This document shows positions 34,333 to 44,429 of a stretch of 55,801 bases of DNA, one piece after another; positions within the stretch are counted from its first letter, which is position 1; each line of letters opens with the position of its first letter. The stretch lies in the IMG/VR virus record IMGVR_UViG_3300032170_000078, positions 1 to 55,801 of that record; one strand, given 5' to 3'. The notes below the pieces were generated by a model. It did no database searches. It was not told the DNA's origin and saw nothing but the letters and a program-made list of their open reading frames with translations. A program made the translations under genes and the position numbers. This DNA is from a virus (lineage: Duplodnaviria > Caudoviricetes).

Positions 34333-34911
34333 ATGAGTTACATTATAGCACCCCTAAGACTGGTAAAGGGAGAAGGTGCCTATCCCGAGTTCGTGGATGT
34401 CCTGAAATCCGTTCAGGATGCGGCCATTGCGCGAGCCAAGGAGATCTGGCCAGGCTACACCCAGGGAGGTCTTTATCCGGGGGATAAGGAGTTTGGTATT
34501 TGTCCCATGAGAGCTAGGGAGATGCTTGGCGTTACCACGGTACTCTCCGGTACCTACTCCTTCAGGCAGAACTTCGCGTCCACCGGGTGGGGTGATATCT
34601 TCAACTACACCGTCCGAGAGGATATTATCCACGCCTTCGCCGGATTCATGATCACAGATGAGACTCTAAGGTTCCTGGAGCTTAGGTTCGAGTTTGGTGA
34701 CCGGAAATACCCAATCATGGACGTCCAAGAGGCCAAGGGCTGGGGCTCCTTTGGTATCCTTTTCAAGGAAGATGTGGGTAAGGAGCTTATTGCTTCAGAA
34801 GAGAGCTCGGTCTTAGTCAGGGGTTATGTCGAGTCCACTGGCTATCAAAACGTCGTTCCTCTGGGCTTCCAGCTCTACAAGAGAAAAGATCTGGTAATTA
34901 GCGAAACATAA
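34333..34911 (+). CDS. Candidate major virion protein (N-terminal helix plus beta-sandwich)
   Basis: TAAGGAGGT RBS; C-ending codons frequent by eye; alternating beta pattern over the C-terminal two-thirds. Confidence 0.45.
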   Translation: MSYIIAPLRLVKGEGAYPEFVDVLKSVQDAAIARAKEIWPGYTQGGLYPGDKEFGICPMRAREMLGVTTVLSGTYSFRQNFASTGWGDIFNYTVREDIIHAFAGFMITDETLRFLELRFEFGDRKYPIMDVQEAKGWGSFGILFKEDVGKELIASEESSVLVRGYVESTGYQNVVPLGFQLYKRKDLVISET

Positions 34912-34930
34912 AGGAGGTTAAAGCTTAAAA

Positions 34931-35329
34931 ATGGCCAGTATAAATACGGGTACAGTTACAGTTGACTTTAAGTTTAGACCTAGGCCTAGGGCTGGAGTGA
35001 TGGTTGCCGGACGGATTAAGATGGGTGGTCACGACGCTTTGGTTAGACCCCAGGATTTAGAACTAAGGACCATTAAAAGCATAGTAGTTGCCCCGGCTTC
35101 CTATTCTGGAGCGCTCTTGGGCTCTTATGTGGGCTACAAGACTACCCTAGTTGAGGCTCATATAGGAAGTATAGGAGTCCTGGATACGAGTAGAGCAGTT
35201 GGCACACCTACAGGTAATTACGCCCGCTTGAGAGCTTCCCAGGTTGGTAGCTCTGGAGCGACGTGGGGCGGCACAGCCCTACCTTCTGGTGGCAGCGTTA
35301 CGGTTCCCTTCCTGGCCTTTGGTGAATAA
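34931..35329 (+). CDS. Gly/Ser/Thr-rich beta protein (putative virion decoration)
   Basis: Composition; position in the structural-type operon. Confidence 0.45.
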   Translation: MASINTGTVTVDFKFRPRPRAGVMVAGRIKMGGHDALVRPQDLELRTIKSIVVAPASYSGALLGSYVGYKTTLVEAHIGSIGVLDTSRAVGTPTGNYARLRASQVGSSGATWGGTALPSGGSVTVPFLAFGE

Positions 35330-35385
35330 CTTAAAAACGTAGATGGGTTTGTCTCCGAAAAACCAACGAGAGAAGGAGGTAAAAA

Positions 35386-35949
35386 ATGTCCTATACACCC
35401 TGGTTCCCTGAGCCAGGAACCTACATTCGGTACTTTGACTTTGACCGGAAGGAGTATCGGTATCGTAGGCTCCTATGGCGTAGGGATCCTTTTACTTATC
35501 CCTATAGATTTGCTTCGGTAGCAGCTGGCTCTGGGGCAGACATGAAGGTCTTTGACGAGCTAAATCCCTCGGAGAGTAAGAAGCATATCTACCTTGCTTA
35601 CTTGGGGCTTAAGCCCGGATTCCTTTACCGGTTGTGGCATCCCTATAACATCCGCAATCTTATGTGGGACGAGGACATAAAGGATATTGATGAGGACCTC
35701 ACAGCTTGTCTTAATTACGAGTCCTCCCCATATGAATATCCCATTAAGTCTATAGGTATTGAGCATGATCGGTATCCAGGGGTGGAACCTAAAAAGAATA
35801 TCTCGGGGGAGGCCAAGAATCCGGAGGTTGTCTTCATTGCTTCTGTATATCTGGTAAGAGAGCATCATGAACTTAGTTCTGATGAGCTTGCTAGATTGCA
35901 GGCTGGAACTCTTAGGTCTTACCCTTGGGACTTTGGAGGTGAATTGTAA
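35386..35949 (+). CDS. Candidate second capsid-type beta protein
   Basis: 187 aa, beta-rich, strong RBS. Confidence 0.4.
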   Translation: MSYTPWFPEPGTYIRYFDFDRKEYRYRRLLWRRDPFTYPYRFASVAAGSGADMKVFDELNPSESKKHIYLAYLGLKPGFLYRLWHPYNIRNLMWDEDIKDIDEDLTACLNYESSPYEYPIKSIGIEHDRYPGVEPKKNISGEAKNPEVVFIASVYLVREHHELSSDELARLQAGTLRSYPWDFGGEL

Positions 35950-36458
35950 TGGCTGAACCGAAGGTTGAACGAATAAGCTTTACCAGACGCTTTCTTGATA
36001 GGATGAAGAATCCTCCGGAGTATGTGGATGAGGAGCTTCCAACTAAGACAGTTAAGATCTTTAAGAGGGGTTTCCACACTGGAACTGTCATAGATGGGCA
36101 ACTTGGGGAAGCTGAAGTAGGCTCAATCCAGTTTAGTGGATCTCACTACGACTTCGGTCCCGGAACCCATAGCCTACGGATAACTCGAAGGGAAGTCTTT
36201 ATTGGGTCTATAATGCCTGGACGTAATCTTGAAGCCGAGTGGAGTCTATGGCATTCCCGAGAGGGGACTGTCCAAAAGATTCCATTCTTCTTAGGAACTC
36301 AGGTAGCCAACTTAAGGGCTGTCCCCATTGGAGAGAAAGCTTATGGTGGGCCAATGAATCCACTTTACTCGTTTGGGCCTGGGACCATCAAGGTGATAAT
36401 GGAAGCCCAGCGTGGGTCTGCTAGAGTATATTCCAGCTTGGAAGGTATTGTCGGATAA
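35949..36458 (+). CDS. Putative virion beta protein
   Basis: Coupled ORF; G-[ST]-rich strands. Confidence 0.45.
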   Translation: MAEPKVERISFTRRFLDRMKNPPEYVDEELPTKTVKIFKRGFHTGTVIDGQLGEAEVGSIQFSGSHYDFGPGTHSLRITRREVFIGSIMPGRNLEAEWSLWHSREGTVQKIPFFLGTQVANLRAVPIGEKAYGGPMNPLYSFGPGTIKVIMEAQRGSARVYSSLEGIVG

Positions 36459-36560
36459 TCGCTTCTTGGCTTCTTCCAAGTCATGGTTTCTCCCTTTTTC
36501 AAGAGCCCCTGGATGGATTAGATGACCACCTAGGGGTTCTTCTGTATGTAGCTGGTTTAA

Positions 36561-36589
36561 TTGACAATGAGGACATTTGGTAATAGAAT
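36561..36589 (+). promoter_or_regulatory. sigma70-type promoter of the glycosylation operon
   Basis: TTGACA-N17-TAGAAT. Confidence 0.75.
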
Positions 36590-36607
36590 AGTGGTAGGAT
36601 GTAACAA

Positions 36608-36778
36608 ATGGTTACCACTGAAAAGTTATCCAAGACTGTAGTCTTTACTACTAAATTCACTTCTCTTGGCAGGAAAAGGGACCGATGGTGTATTGTAATT
36701 CCTCGGCCACTTTCCCGTCTTCTAGATAAGCATAAGATAGTTGAAGTCTCATTAACTCCTATGGGGAGTGTGGGATGA
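36608..36778 (+). CDS. Small AbrB-like regulator (56 aa, not in ORF track)
   Basis: MVTTEK...KFTSLGRKRDRWCIVIPRPLSRLL...VEVSL; overlaps the next ATG (ATGA). Confidence 0.55.
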   Translation: MVTTEKLSKTVVFTTKFTSLGRKRDRWCIVIPRPLSRLLDKHKIVEVSLTPMGSVG

Positions 36779-38013
36779 AACCGAGAATTCTTTGGAACGC
36801 CAAGGACCACCCCAAGCTCCGTTCGGGATACGCCATCATAGGATATTACCTACTACCCCTCCTAGCTGAGAAATATGGTCCAGAGAATGTCCTGATTTAT
36901 GCTCCAGTCTATGAGAGAGATGCTATTGGTGAGTGGAATGGAATGAAGGTTCTTCCTGGTACAAGTTGGGACTTTGGTGAGAATATGATCCTGGAGCATT
37001 ATCAAAGAGAAAGATGCAATATTCTACTTCAAGTTGGGGATGCTTGGCCCCTGGGTGTTCTTCCTGATTTAGCTGCCAAAGATGAGATAGATTGGGTACA
37101 GTGGCTTCCAGTTGACTGGTTGGGTATGCCCAAGAACATCCAGAATCGTATCCACTTTGCCCACAAGCTCATTCCCTTTTCAAAGTATGGAGAGAATTCC
37201 CTCCGGAAGGCTGGCTTTACCAATGTGGAGCCTGCGATATGGCTGGGACTTGATACTGAGCTGTGGAAGCCTCAACCTCGAGAAGAACTATCTGATATGA
37301 TGAGTCTCCTAGGGTATGAGCATGATACCTTTAATCTTCTTATTGTGGCTGCTAATCAGGAGAGGAAGAATATACGTGAAATGTTTGAGGGGATTAGATT
37401 ATTTCATCAAGTAAATCCTAGTATACCGCTACGGCTTTATCTCCATACTCGAATGAGGGGGGAGAGAGATCTTTATGCAGATATAGATGAACTGGGGCTC
37501 GGGGAAATTGTTACCTACTCAGATCCGTATATTATGAATATGGGCGGTATAGCAGAGAAAGAAGTAGTGATGATGTTTAACTGTGCGGACGTCCTACTTA
37601 ATGCGTGTATGGAGGGCTTTGGATTATGTATGACTCAAGCACAGGCATGTGGAGTACCAGTTATATATCTTCTGGAGGGCCCTGGTTCGGAACTAATAGT
37701 TCATGGTGTTGGAGTCCCAGCAATAGCCAATATTACATATCCCAACCAGATGACTAAACCCATCCCTAATCCTATGGCAGTAGCCCATGCCTTGGAAGAG
37801 CTATGGGATAGACAAGTCAGGAATAAAGGCCCACTTCGTAGTGAAAAAGCTATTAAGTTCATCCAAGAGAACTTCTCTTGGAAAAACATAGCTGAGCAGT
37901 GGTTTGAGGTTATTGAGAAGGTTATGTGGGAGAGGGAAAGGTTCTGTTATATTATTCCGGAAGCTGCCGATTGGCTAAAAGAAAAGGCAGAAGAAGAGGT
38001 AGTGTTGAGTTGA
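36775..38013 (+). CDS. GT-B (GT4-like) glycosyltransferase
   Basis: 'SGYA', 'NQERKN', 'ADV...EGFGL...AQACGVPVI'. Confidence 0.85.
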   Translation: MKPRILWNAKDHPKLRSGYAIIGYYLLPLLAEKYGPENVLIYAPVYERDAIGEWNGMKVLPGTSWDFGENMILEHYQRERCNILLQVGDAWPLGVLPDLAAKDEIDWVQWLPVDWLGMPKNIQNRIHFAHKLIPFSKYGENSLRKAGFTNVEPAIWLGLDTELWKPQPREELSDMMSLLGYEHDTFNLLIVAANQERKNIREMFEGIRLFHQVNPSIPLRLYLHTRMRGERDLYADIDELGLGEIVTYSDPYIMNMGGIAEKEVVMMFNCADVLLNACMEGFGLCMTQAQACGVPVIYLLEGPGSELIVHGVGVPAIANITYPNQMTKPIPNPMAVAHALEELWDRQVRNKGPLRSEKAIKFIQENFSWKNIAEQWFEVIEKVMWERERFCYIIPEAADWLKEKAEEEVVLS

Positions 38014-38900
38014 AGACAATGTGGATCCAAGATCTGGATTTTATGTCTCAGGGTGGCGGGGCTCAGTACACAGACCGGGCTCACTTCATTGAAGGTGCCA
38101 GGAGGGGGCATGATATGAATATACTTACTCCACAGGTGGACCTGAATATCCTCTTTACGGACGATAGTCTAGTTATCATAAGTAACATGATGGCGGGTTT
38201 CCGTCTGGATCTCTTTCAGCAGTTAGTTGAGAAGGGGAAGCCCTGTATCTGGTTCTTTCATGACTATCAGCCCCTATGTAAGTATCGTCTCTTTTACCCA
38301 ATGCTAGAGAAATGTAAATCCTGCTATCGTAGAGAGAACTGGCTGCCTATCTTCCTTGAAGCTAAACTTCTTATTTGGTTATCTTCACTACACCGAGAGA
38401 GCTGGCTATGGGCCTGTCCGGAGTTAGAACAAAAGCCTTATGCTATTGTTCCCTCCCCAATAGAGCCCTCTCAGTTCTATGACATGAAATTACCTCGTGA
38501 GGGCGTAATCTGTGTTAGTTCTTTATTCCCTTTCAAGGGGAGAGAGAATGTATTGCAGTGGGTTAGAGATCACTCAGACCAAGAAATTACCTGTGTGAGT
38601 GGAAATCCTCTTCCTGATAAAGTTCTTCCACCTAATTGCCGTGATGTGGGTCCAGTCCCATTTTGGCAAATGAATGAGACGTATAACAAGCATAAGACGT
38701 TTCTTCACTTACCAGCTACCCCCCAGCCTTTTGATAGAACTGTACCAGAAGCCTACCTTGCGGGATGTGAGATACTAGGCAATAAACTCATTGGGGCGTT
38801 GTCTTATGATTGGTTTAAGTCAAGAGAAGAAGTAGCTGAGCACTGTGGTAATTCATCAAAGCTTTTTTGGGAAAAGATAGAGGAGGTGCTAAGTGTGTGA
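38010..38900 (+). CDS. GT-B glycosyltransferase
   Basis: GGGAQ, FHDY, 'PFKG', 'PFDRTVPEAYLAGC'. Confidence 0.75.
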   Translation: MKTMWIQDLDFMSQGGGAQYTDRAHFIEGARRGHDMNILTPQVDLNILFTDDSLVIISNMMAGFRLDLFQQLVEKGKPCIWFFHDYQPLCKYRLFYPMLEKCKSCYRRENWLPIFLEAKLLIWLSSLHRESWLWACPELEQKPYAIVPSPIEPSQFYDMKLPREGVICVSSLFPFKGRENVLQWVRDHSDQEITCVSGNPLPDKVLPPNCRDVGPVPFWQMNETYNKHKTFLHLPATPQPFDRTVPEAYLAGCEILGNKLIGALSYDWFKSREEVAEHCGNSSKLFWEKIEEVLSV

Positions 38901-39177
38901 ACTATGTGAGTTGGTTAAGAGGATTGACCGTGGAGAGGCTGGAGAGGAGGTCCTACATAATGACCGTGTCTTTGTAGCCGTCTACTGCAGTAACCCAGCC
39001 CACCCAGGTATTCCCATGGCAGTGGCCAGGGGGCACACAACGAGTTTAACGAAGTGGGCTTCAGGGTATATAAATGGAGTTATGAATAAGAAGTATCCAG
39101 ATAGGAAGCCTAGGGGAACCGGGCTGGCAACTATAATCGACCACTGGCATGAGCATTGGGTTCTGAAGGAGGAGTGA
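38893..39177 (+). CDS. HIT-like small protein
   Basis: MCELC N-terminus and HWHEH C-terminal motif. Confidence 0.5.
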   Translation: MCELCELVKRIDRGEAGEEVLHNDRVFVAVYCSNPAHPGIPMAVARGHTTSLTKWASGYINGVMNKKYPDRKPRGTGLATIIDHWHEHWVLKEE

Positions 39178-39180
39178 AAT

Positions 39181-39333
39181 ATGACTAAGATTATACCTTT
39201 TGAGACAGAAGGAACTGAAATTAGGGAATTTAAGACAGACCCCAAAGGTAAGAAGAGGAAGGTCATTAAGGCTAAAGACTGGAAGGGGGATCCCGAGGAA
39301 CTTAGAAAACAAGCGGAGAAGTATAAGCCATGA
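39181..39333 (+). CDS. Small basic protein (50 aa, not in ORF track)
   Basis: MTKIIPFETEG...KYKP*; AAGGAGGAG RBS. Confidence 0.45.
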   Translation: MTKIIPFETEGTEIREFKTDPKGKKRKVIKAKDWKGDPEELRKQAEKYKP

Positions 39334-40100
39334 GGGTACAGATTATTGGTGCTGGAGTAGTTGGTCAGGCTACTGGTAAGGGCTTCGCGAGGCTGGGACA
39401 TGGAGTACACTTTTTTGATCCAGATGAGAAAGTAGTAGACCAGCTAAGAACGGAGGGTTATGGAGCCGATAGCAATATTGCTATGGGGGAAGCTGACCTC
39501 TACTTTATATGTGTCCCAGAGGCAGTTATAGGGGAGGTGGTGAAGAGCTGGAGGTCTGGGGAACTCCTTGTTATCCGGAGCACCATTCCCCCAGGTACTG
39601 CTCATAAGCTGATGGACCTCTATGGAGTCCACATCTGCTCCAATCCAGAGTTCCTCAGAGAAGCAGTGGCTGAATACGAGTTCCTTAATCCGCCGGGAGT
39701 TATTATTGGAGAGTGTTGTAAAGAACATGGGGATTTGCTCGAGGAACTTTATAAACCATTTCGGAAGCCCATTTACCGAACTACTCCAGAGGTAGCTGAA
39801 CTTACCAAGCTAGTTGTTAATGGCTACCTCGCCTGCCAAATCTCCTATTGGAATCAGGTCAAACTACTGGCTAACGAGTTGGGGGTTAACTCACATGAGG
39901 TAGGAATGCTAGCCAGTTACGGAGATGATAGGATATCCGTTTATGGTTCAAGAATGCACGGAAAGGCCTATGGAGGTAAATGCTTACCGAAGGATCTTCA
40001 GCAGCTGATAAACTTAGCTCAAGGGAGAAGTATAAATGGTCAACTACTTGAGGCTATTAAAGGTATCAACGACTATTACCTAGTGAAAGGAGGTGAGTAA
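39330..40100 (+). CDS. UDP-glucose/GDP-mannose 6-dehydrogenase family protein (no C-terminal domain)
   Basis: GAGVVG, RSTIPPGT, NPEFLRE, YGGKCLPKD. Confidence 0.85.
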   Translation: MRVQIIGAGVVGQATGKGFARLGHGVHFFDPDEKVVDQLRTEGYGADSNIAMGEADLYFICVPEAVIGEVVKSWRSGELLVIRSTIPPGTAHKLMDLYGVHICSNPEFLREAVAEYEFLNPPGVIIGECCKEHGDLLEELYKPFRKPIYRTTPEVAELTKLVVNGYLACQISYWNQVKLLANELGVNSHEVGMLASYGDDRISVYGSRMHGKAYGGKCLPKDLQQLINLAQGRSINGQLLEAIKGINDYYLVKGGE

Positions 40101-40378
40101 TGGACCTTAATGTAGCTGTGTTGTATATAGCCCTACTGGCTTGTGCTGGGGGCATTGTTTCGGCTCTATTGGGGTGGCTTGATAGTGGGGAGGCCTTTGT
40201 TCCTAGGAAGTTTATGGCTTCTGTAGTAAGGGCTCTAGTTGCTGGGGTAGTCTTCGCTGTAGGCTATAGCTTCGCAAATGGTATAAGTATCCTCGACCTA
40301 TTTGTTGCGTTTCTGGGCGGGGCTGGTATAGATGTCCTGGGTAACAGGATCTCTGGAAGTATAGTTCATCGAACCTAA
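40100..40378 (+). CDS. Small three-TM membrane protein (holin-like or virion membrane protein)
   Basis: Three hydrophobic helices in 92 aa. Confidence 0.55.
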   Translation: MDLNVAVLYIALLACAGGIVSALLGWLDSGEAFVPRKFMASVVRALVAGVVFAVGYSFANGISILDLFVAFLGGAGIDVLGNRISGSIVHRT

Positions 40379-40387
40379 GGAGGAAAT

Positions 40388-41332
40388 ATGAAGATTCTTG
40401 TAACCGGAGCCAGTGGCTTTATTGGTTCCGCTCTGGCTAAGAGATTGGAAGCTCAAGGGCATGATGTTTATGGGCTCTATCGGTACGTGAGTGATGGGAG
40501 ATATGACTTCTACCAGTTAGAGAAGCATAGGATCTGTGACATAAGGGACAGGGAGAGAGTTGATGAGGTTATTGGAGATATCCTACCCAATACTGTTTAT
40601 CATCTTGCAGCTATGACAGCGGTAAGTTATTCGTTCATAGCTCCGATAGAAGTTAGCGAATCTATTTATCTTGGCACCATGAATGTGGTTGATGCCTGTG
40701 TAAAGTACAAGGTGGGGCATCTTGTCCACGCTAGCACCAGTGAGTTCTATGGCAAGCAAGAGGAATTCCCTATAACAGAAGAGGCTACCCCTAGGCCCAT
40801 GTCCCCATATGCTGTAGCCAAGTTAGCTGCTGAAGAGTATATCCGCTATGTGGATAGGACTGTGGGAATACCGTATACCATTCTCAGGCCCTATAATACG
40901 TATAACCGGTCTAATGTTGAGAAGAAATACTTTCTAATTGAGAGGGCTATTACCCAAGCTCTGGAAGAGGGTCGTATCCACTTGTATACCCCTGAACCAG
41001 TAAGAGATTTGCTTGACCGGGATAGCCATGTGGATGCATACATTAGGTGTTTGGGCAATCCGAATGCTATAGGTGAGGCTATTAACATTGGGACCGGTAT
41101 TGGGTGGAAGGTTGGCGATGCAGTTGAACTAGTGGCTAAGCTTGTTGGAGAAGAACTTGGAAAAGAAATTCCAGTCTCTTGGGATATGGCCTCGGATAGA
41201 CCTTATGACATCCACTGTCTCTTCTGCTCCAATGAGAAGGCTTGGAGACTACTTGGCTGGAAGCCATTGTATACCCTTGAAGAGGGGCTGAAGATCGCTA
41301 TTAAAGAGTGGAAGGAGGTACTTGGACTATGA
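40388..41332 (+). CDS. NDP-sugar 4,6-dehydratase/epimerase
   Basis: TGASGFIG, HLAA, STSEFYG, SPYAVAK. Confidence 0.9.
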   Translation: MKILVTGASGFIGSALAKRLEAQGHDVYGLYRYVSDGRYDFYQLEKHRICDIRDRERVDEVIGDILPNTVYHLAAMTAVSYSFIAPIEVSESIYLGTMNVVDACVKYKVGHLVHASTSEFYGKQEEFPITEEATPRPMSPYAVAKLAAEEYIRYVDRTVGIPYTILRPYNTYNRSNVEKKYFLIERAITQALEEGRIHLYTPEPVRDLLDRDSHVDAYIRCLGNPNAIGEAINIGTGIGWKVGDAVELVAKLVGEELGKEIPVSWDMASDRPYDIHCLFCSNEKAWRLLGWKPLYTLEEGLKIAIKEWKEVLGL

Positions 41333-42180
41333 AAAGAGTTGGAGTTATTGGCTTGGGGTACTGGGGTTCTAAGTTGGCAAGGTGCTTTGATGAACTTGGG
41401 TGCCTTAAGGCATTATACGACGTGGATCTGGAAAAGGCCAGGTCAGCCCCCTTTACTATCCCCTGTATATGGGAGTCTTTTGCAGAGTTCCTGGAAAATG
41501 TGGATGCAGTAGCCATCGCTACTCCTGCGGAAACTCACTTTGAACTAGCTACGAAAGCGTTAAATGCTGGCAAGGATGTCTTTGTTGAGAAGCCAATGAC
41601 TATCAACTCTGTTGAGGCTAGAGTCCTATATGACCTGGCTGGGTCTAGAGGGCGTAGTCTAATGGTAGGCCACATCTACTTACATAATGGTGGGATTAAG
41701 GCCATGCCCATCCCAGTAGGTAAGGCTGAGCTCTATGTCCAATTACTCAATGAGGGAGGTGGCCCAAGCCCCTCAACGATGGACGTCCTTTGGGCTGGCC
41801 TTCCACATGCATGTAGCTTAGCTTTACATTTCTTTCCAGATGAGCCAGAATCTATTTGGGCTGAGAGAGATAAGGATAGGATAAGGGTTAATCTGACCTA
41901 CTGGAACGGCTCAATAGCCTATTTGGATGTAGGGGACAACACTGGGAGGAAACTCCGAAGGGTGGAATTGGACTGGGGGAGTAGTAGATATCTCTTCGAC
42001 ACAAGGGATCCCAACCTTTGTTTCCTACAGTCAGGTATAGAGGTGAAGTCCTTTGGTATATCTATGGGGCCAGAGTCTCTTATGGAGGAATGTAAGGCCT
42101 TCCTGGAGTATAAGGGGGCTGACCCATTAGGCCCAAAGGTAGTTAAACTCGTAGAGGACATAATAAAGGAGGCTACATGA
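41329..42180 (+). CDS. Gfo/Idh/MocA oxidoreductase (NDP-sugar 3-dehydrogenase-like)
   Basis: GLGYWG, ATPAETH, VFVEKP. Confidence 0.85.
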   Translation: MKRVGVIGLGYWGSKLARCFDELGCLKALYDVDLEKARSAPFTIPCIWESFAEFLENVDAVAIATPAETHFELATKALNAGKDVFVEKPMTINSVEARVLYDLAGSRGRSLMVGHIYLHNGGIKAMPIPVGKAELYVQLLNEGGGPSPSTMDVLWAGLPHACSLALHFFPDEPESIWAERDKDRIRVNLTYWNGSIAYLDVGDNTGRKLRRVELDWGSSRYLFDTRDPNLCFLQSGIEVKSFGISMGPESLMEECKAFLEYKGADPLGPKVVKLVEDIIKEAT

Positions 42181-43211
42181 ATATCCCCTTGGTGGATCTG
42201 AAGGCCCAATATCAGAGTATTAAGCCGGAAGTGGATTTGGCCATTAGCCGAGTTCTATCTAAAGGAAACTATGTAATGGGCGAAGAAGTAGAGGCTTTTG
42301 AAGAGGGATGGGCTGAGTACTGTAAAGCTAAGTACTGTGTAGGGGTTAGTTCTGGGACGGATGCACTTTATTTAACCTTGAAGGCTATAGGAGTAAGTGG
42401 GGAAAAGGTAATTACGACTCCATTTACCTTCTTCGCTACTTCCCAGGCCATTATTGCTTCAGGGAATTTCCCAATGTTTATTGATGTGGACGAAACTGGC
42501 AATTTACCCCCTGTGGACTTTAAGGACTGGGCGGCTATCCCAGTCCACCTATATGGGAGGCCTGGTGTGTGGAGGGGAAGTAGGATAATAGAGGACTCCG
42601 CCCAGGCACATGGGCTGCCACTTTCTGGACTTGCAGCCTGCTTTAGTTTCTATCCGACGAAAAACCTTGGTGCGATGGGACAGGCTGGAGCAGTAGTAAC
42701 TAACGACTTTATCTTGACACAAGAAATCAGAAGATTAAGAACCTACGGAGAAATGGGGAGGTTCATCCATTACAGGCTCACTGGTAATCACCGGATGGAC
42801 GAACTCCAGGCTGCAATTCTCCGTGTAAAACTACCATACCTAAGGAGTTGGAACGAGAGAAGAAGGATTATAGCTTGGATGTATTATAGGAGATTGGAAG
42901 AGACAAGTGGTGTTATAGGCTTACCTGAGGACAGCCTGGGCTATGTATGTCATATCTTTGCCATTAGAACCAGGGACCGAGGTAGCCTAGCTAGTTATCT
43001 CAAGGGGGAAGGTATTCAGACTTCAGTAAGGTATCCAGTTCCCATGCATCTCCAACCAGCTCTTAAGTATCTTGGATACAAGAAAGGAGACTTTCCACAA
43101 GCCGAGGCCTGGGCTAAGGAGAACCTTAGCCTACCGATATATCCAGAGCTTAAAGAGGACCAGATAGAATACGTATGTGATAAGATAAAAGAGTGGGTGA
43201 GAACTAGATGA
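42177..43211 (+). CDS. DegT/DnrJ/EryC1/StrS sugar aminotransferase
   Basis: SSGTDAL, EDSAQAHG, SFYPTKNLG, LSLPIYP. Confidence 0.92.
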   Translation: MNIPLVDLKAQYQSIKPEVDLAISRVLSKGNYVMGEEVEAFEEGWAEYCKAKYCVGVSSGTDALYLTLKAIGVSGEKVITTPFTFFATSQAIIASGNFPMFIDVDETGNLPPVDFKDWAAIPVHLYGRPGVWRGSRIIEDSAQAHGLPLSGLAACFSFYPTKNLGAMGQAGAVVTNDFILTQEIRRLRTYGEMGRFIHYRLTGNHRMDELQAAILRVKLPYLRSWNERRRIIAWMYYRRLEETSGVIGLPEDSLGYVCHIFAIRTRDRGSLASYLKGEGIQTSVRYPVPMHLQPALKYLGYKKGDFPQAEAWAKENLSLPIYPELKEDQIEYVCDKIKEWVRTR

Positions 43212-44227
43212 GAATTTGCACGATTTCCCATTCGCACGTAGCTCTTAGGCAGCAGCTCTTCTTTCAGGGAGTAGCTAAATGGGGACATGAGGTATTGATG
43301 ATAAGTCCTGGTGAATGGGGAAACCTGAGGACGTCTCCACGCTATGCTGAGGTTTTGTATGCCCCGGATGAGGACATGGGGCCTCGTGTGTTTGGAAGGT
43401 TTGAACTGAAGACCTGTAGACACATGATGGGGGAGAACATCTACCAATATCATCTTCTGGGTGCTAGGGGTCTTGCTGAAGAGTTTAAGCCGGATGTTCT
43501 TTATATCCAAGCAGAGCCAGGCTCCTCTCTAGCCCAGGAGGCTATTATGTGGGATGTCCCCAAGAGGGCCTTATTTACTTGGGAAAACATTAAGTTTGAG
43601 GAATCAGCCAGAAGTACCCTGGAGAAATATGATGTAGTCATCTGTGGTAATCCCGAGGCTGAGGCTCTAGCCAAGCCCTGGAATCCACATACTGTTCTTA
43701 TGCTTCAAGTTGGGGTCGATACTGACCATTTCCAAGCCAGACCAGATGTGGAAAGGAATATAGATGTGGCTTATGCTGGTAGGATAGCCTCGGAGAAGGG
43801 TCTTCCGTATCTCCAAAGGGCATGGCCCACGGTAAAGATATTGGACTGGAAAGACTTTAAGGAACTTCCCTGGTGGTATTCTCAGGTAAAGGTCATTGTA
43901 GCCTACTCCCAGGACGTACCCTGGTGGAAGGAGCAGGCCCCGAATTATGTGGTCTTGGAAGCCCTATTATGTGGCTGCAGGGCCATCACCTCCGATACTA
44001 ATGCTATGGAATACTGGTTAAATAACTGTCCTGGAGTTGTTATGGTCTCAGGACATGACCAGTCAGACGACACCTTAAGAATGGACAGAGTAGACAGGCT
44101 AAGAGAAGGTATACAGAGAGCTTTAGAAGTGGAAATAGAGAATGAAGGGAGGCAGTGGGTTATTGATAAGTTTTCTAATCAAGTTGTGGCTAAAAAACTA
44201 TTGGAGGTGCTTTATGAAATGCCCTAA
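43208..44227 (+). CDS. GT4-like glycosyltransferase
   Basis: GVDTDHF, GRIASEKG, 'WKEQ...VVLEALLCG'. Confidence 0.8.
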   Translation: MRICTISHSHVALRQQLFFQGVAKWGHEVLMISPGEWGNLRTSPRYAEVLYAPDEDMGPRVFGRFELKTCRHMMGENIYQYHLLGARGLAEEFKPDVLYIQAEPGSSLAQEAIMWDVPKRALFTWENIKFEESARSTLEKYDVVICGNPEAEALAKPWNPHTVLMLQVGVDTDHFQARPDVERNIDVAYAGRIASEKGLPYLQRAWPTVKILDWKDFKELPWWYSQVKVIVAYSQDVPWWKEQAPNYVVLEALLCGCRAITSDTNAMEYWLNNCPGVVMVSGHDQSDDTLRMDRVDRLREGIQRALEVEIENEGRQWVIDKFSNQVVAKKLLEVLYEMP

Positions 44228-44420
44228 ATGCGAGGAAGATCTTAGAGAGGGGGACAAGTTCTGTTGGAATTGTGGGGCCAGAATAACAGAACCTGAAAAG
44301 GCAGTGGACCTATCTCCGGCGGTATCTAAGCTCCTGGGGGGCATTGGGACTGGACTTAAGCTCCTAGGAGAAACAATTCAGGAATGGGCCAAGTCTGTAA
44401 AGGAAGGGGAGGAAAAGTAG
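44214..44420 (+). CDS. Zinc-ribbon protein
   Basis: MKCPKC...KFCWNCG. Confidence 0.65.
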   Translation: MKCPKCEEDLREGDKFCWNCGARITEPEKAVDLSPAVSKLLGGIGTGLKLLGETIQEWAKSVKEGEEK

Positions 44421-44429
44421 GAGAGGACA

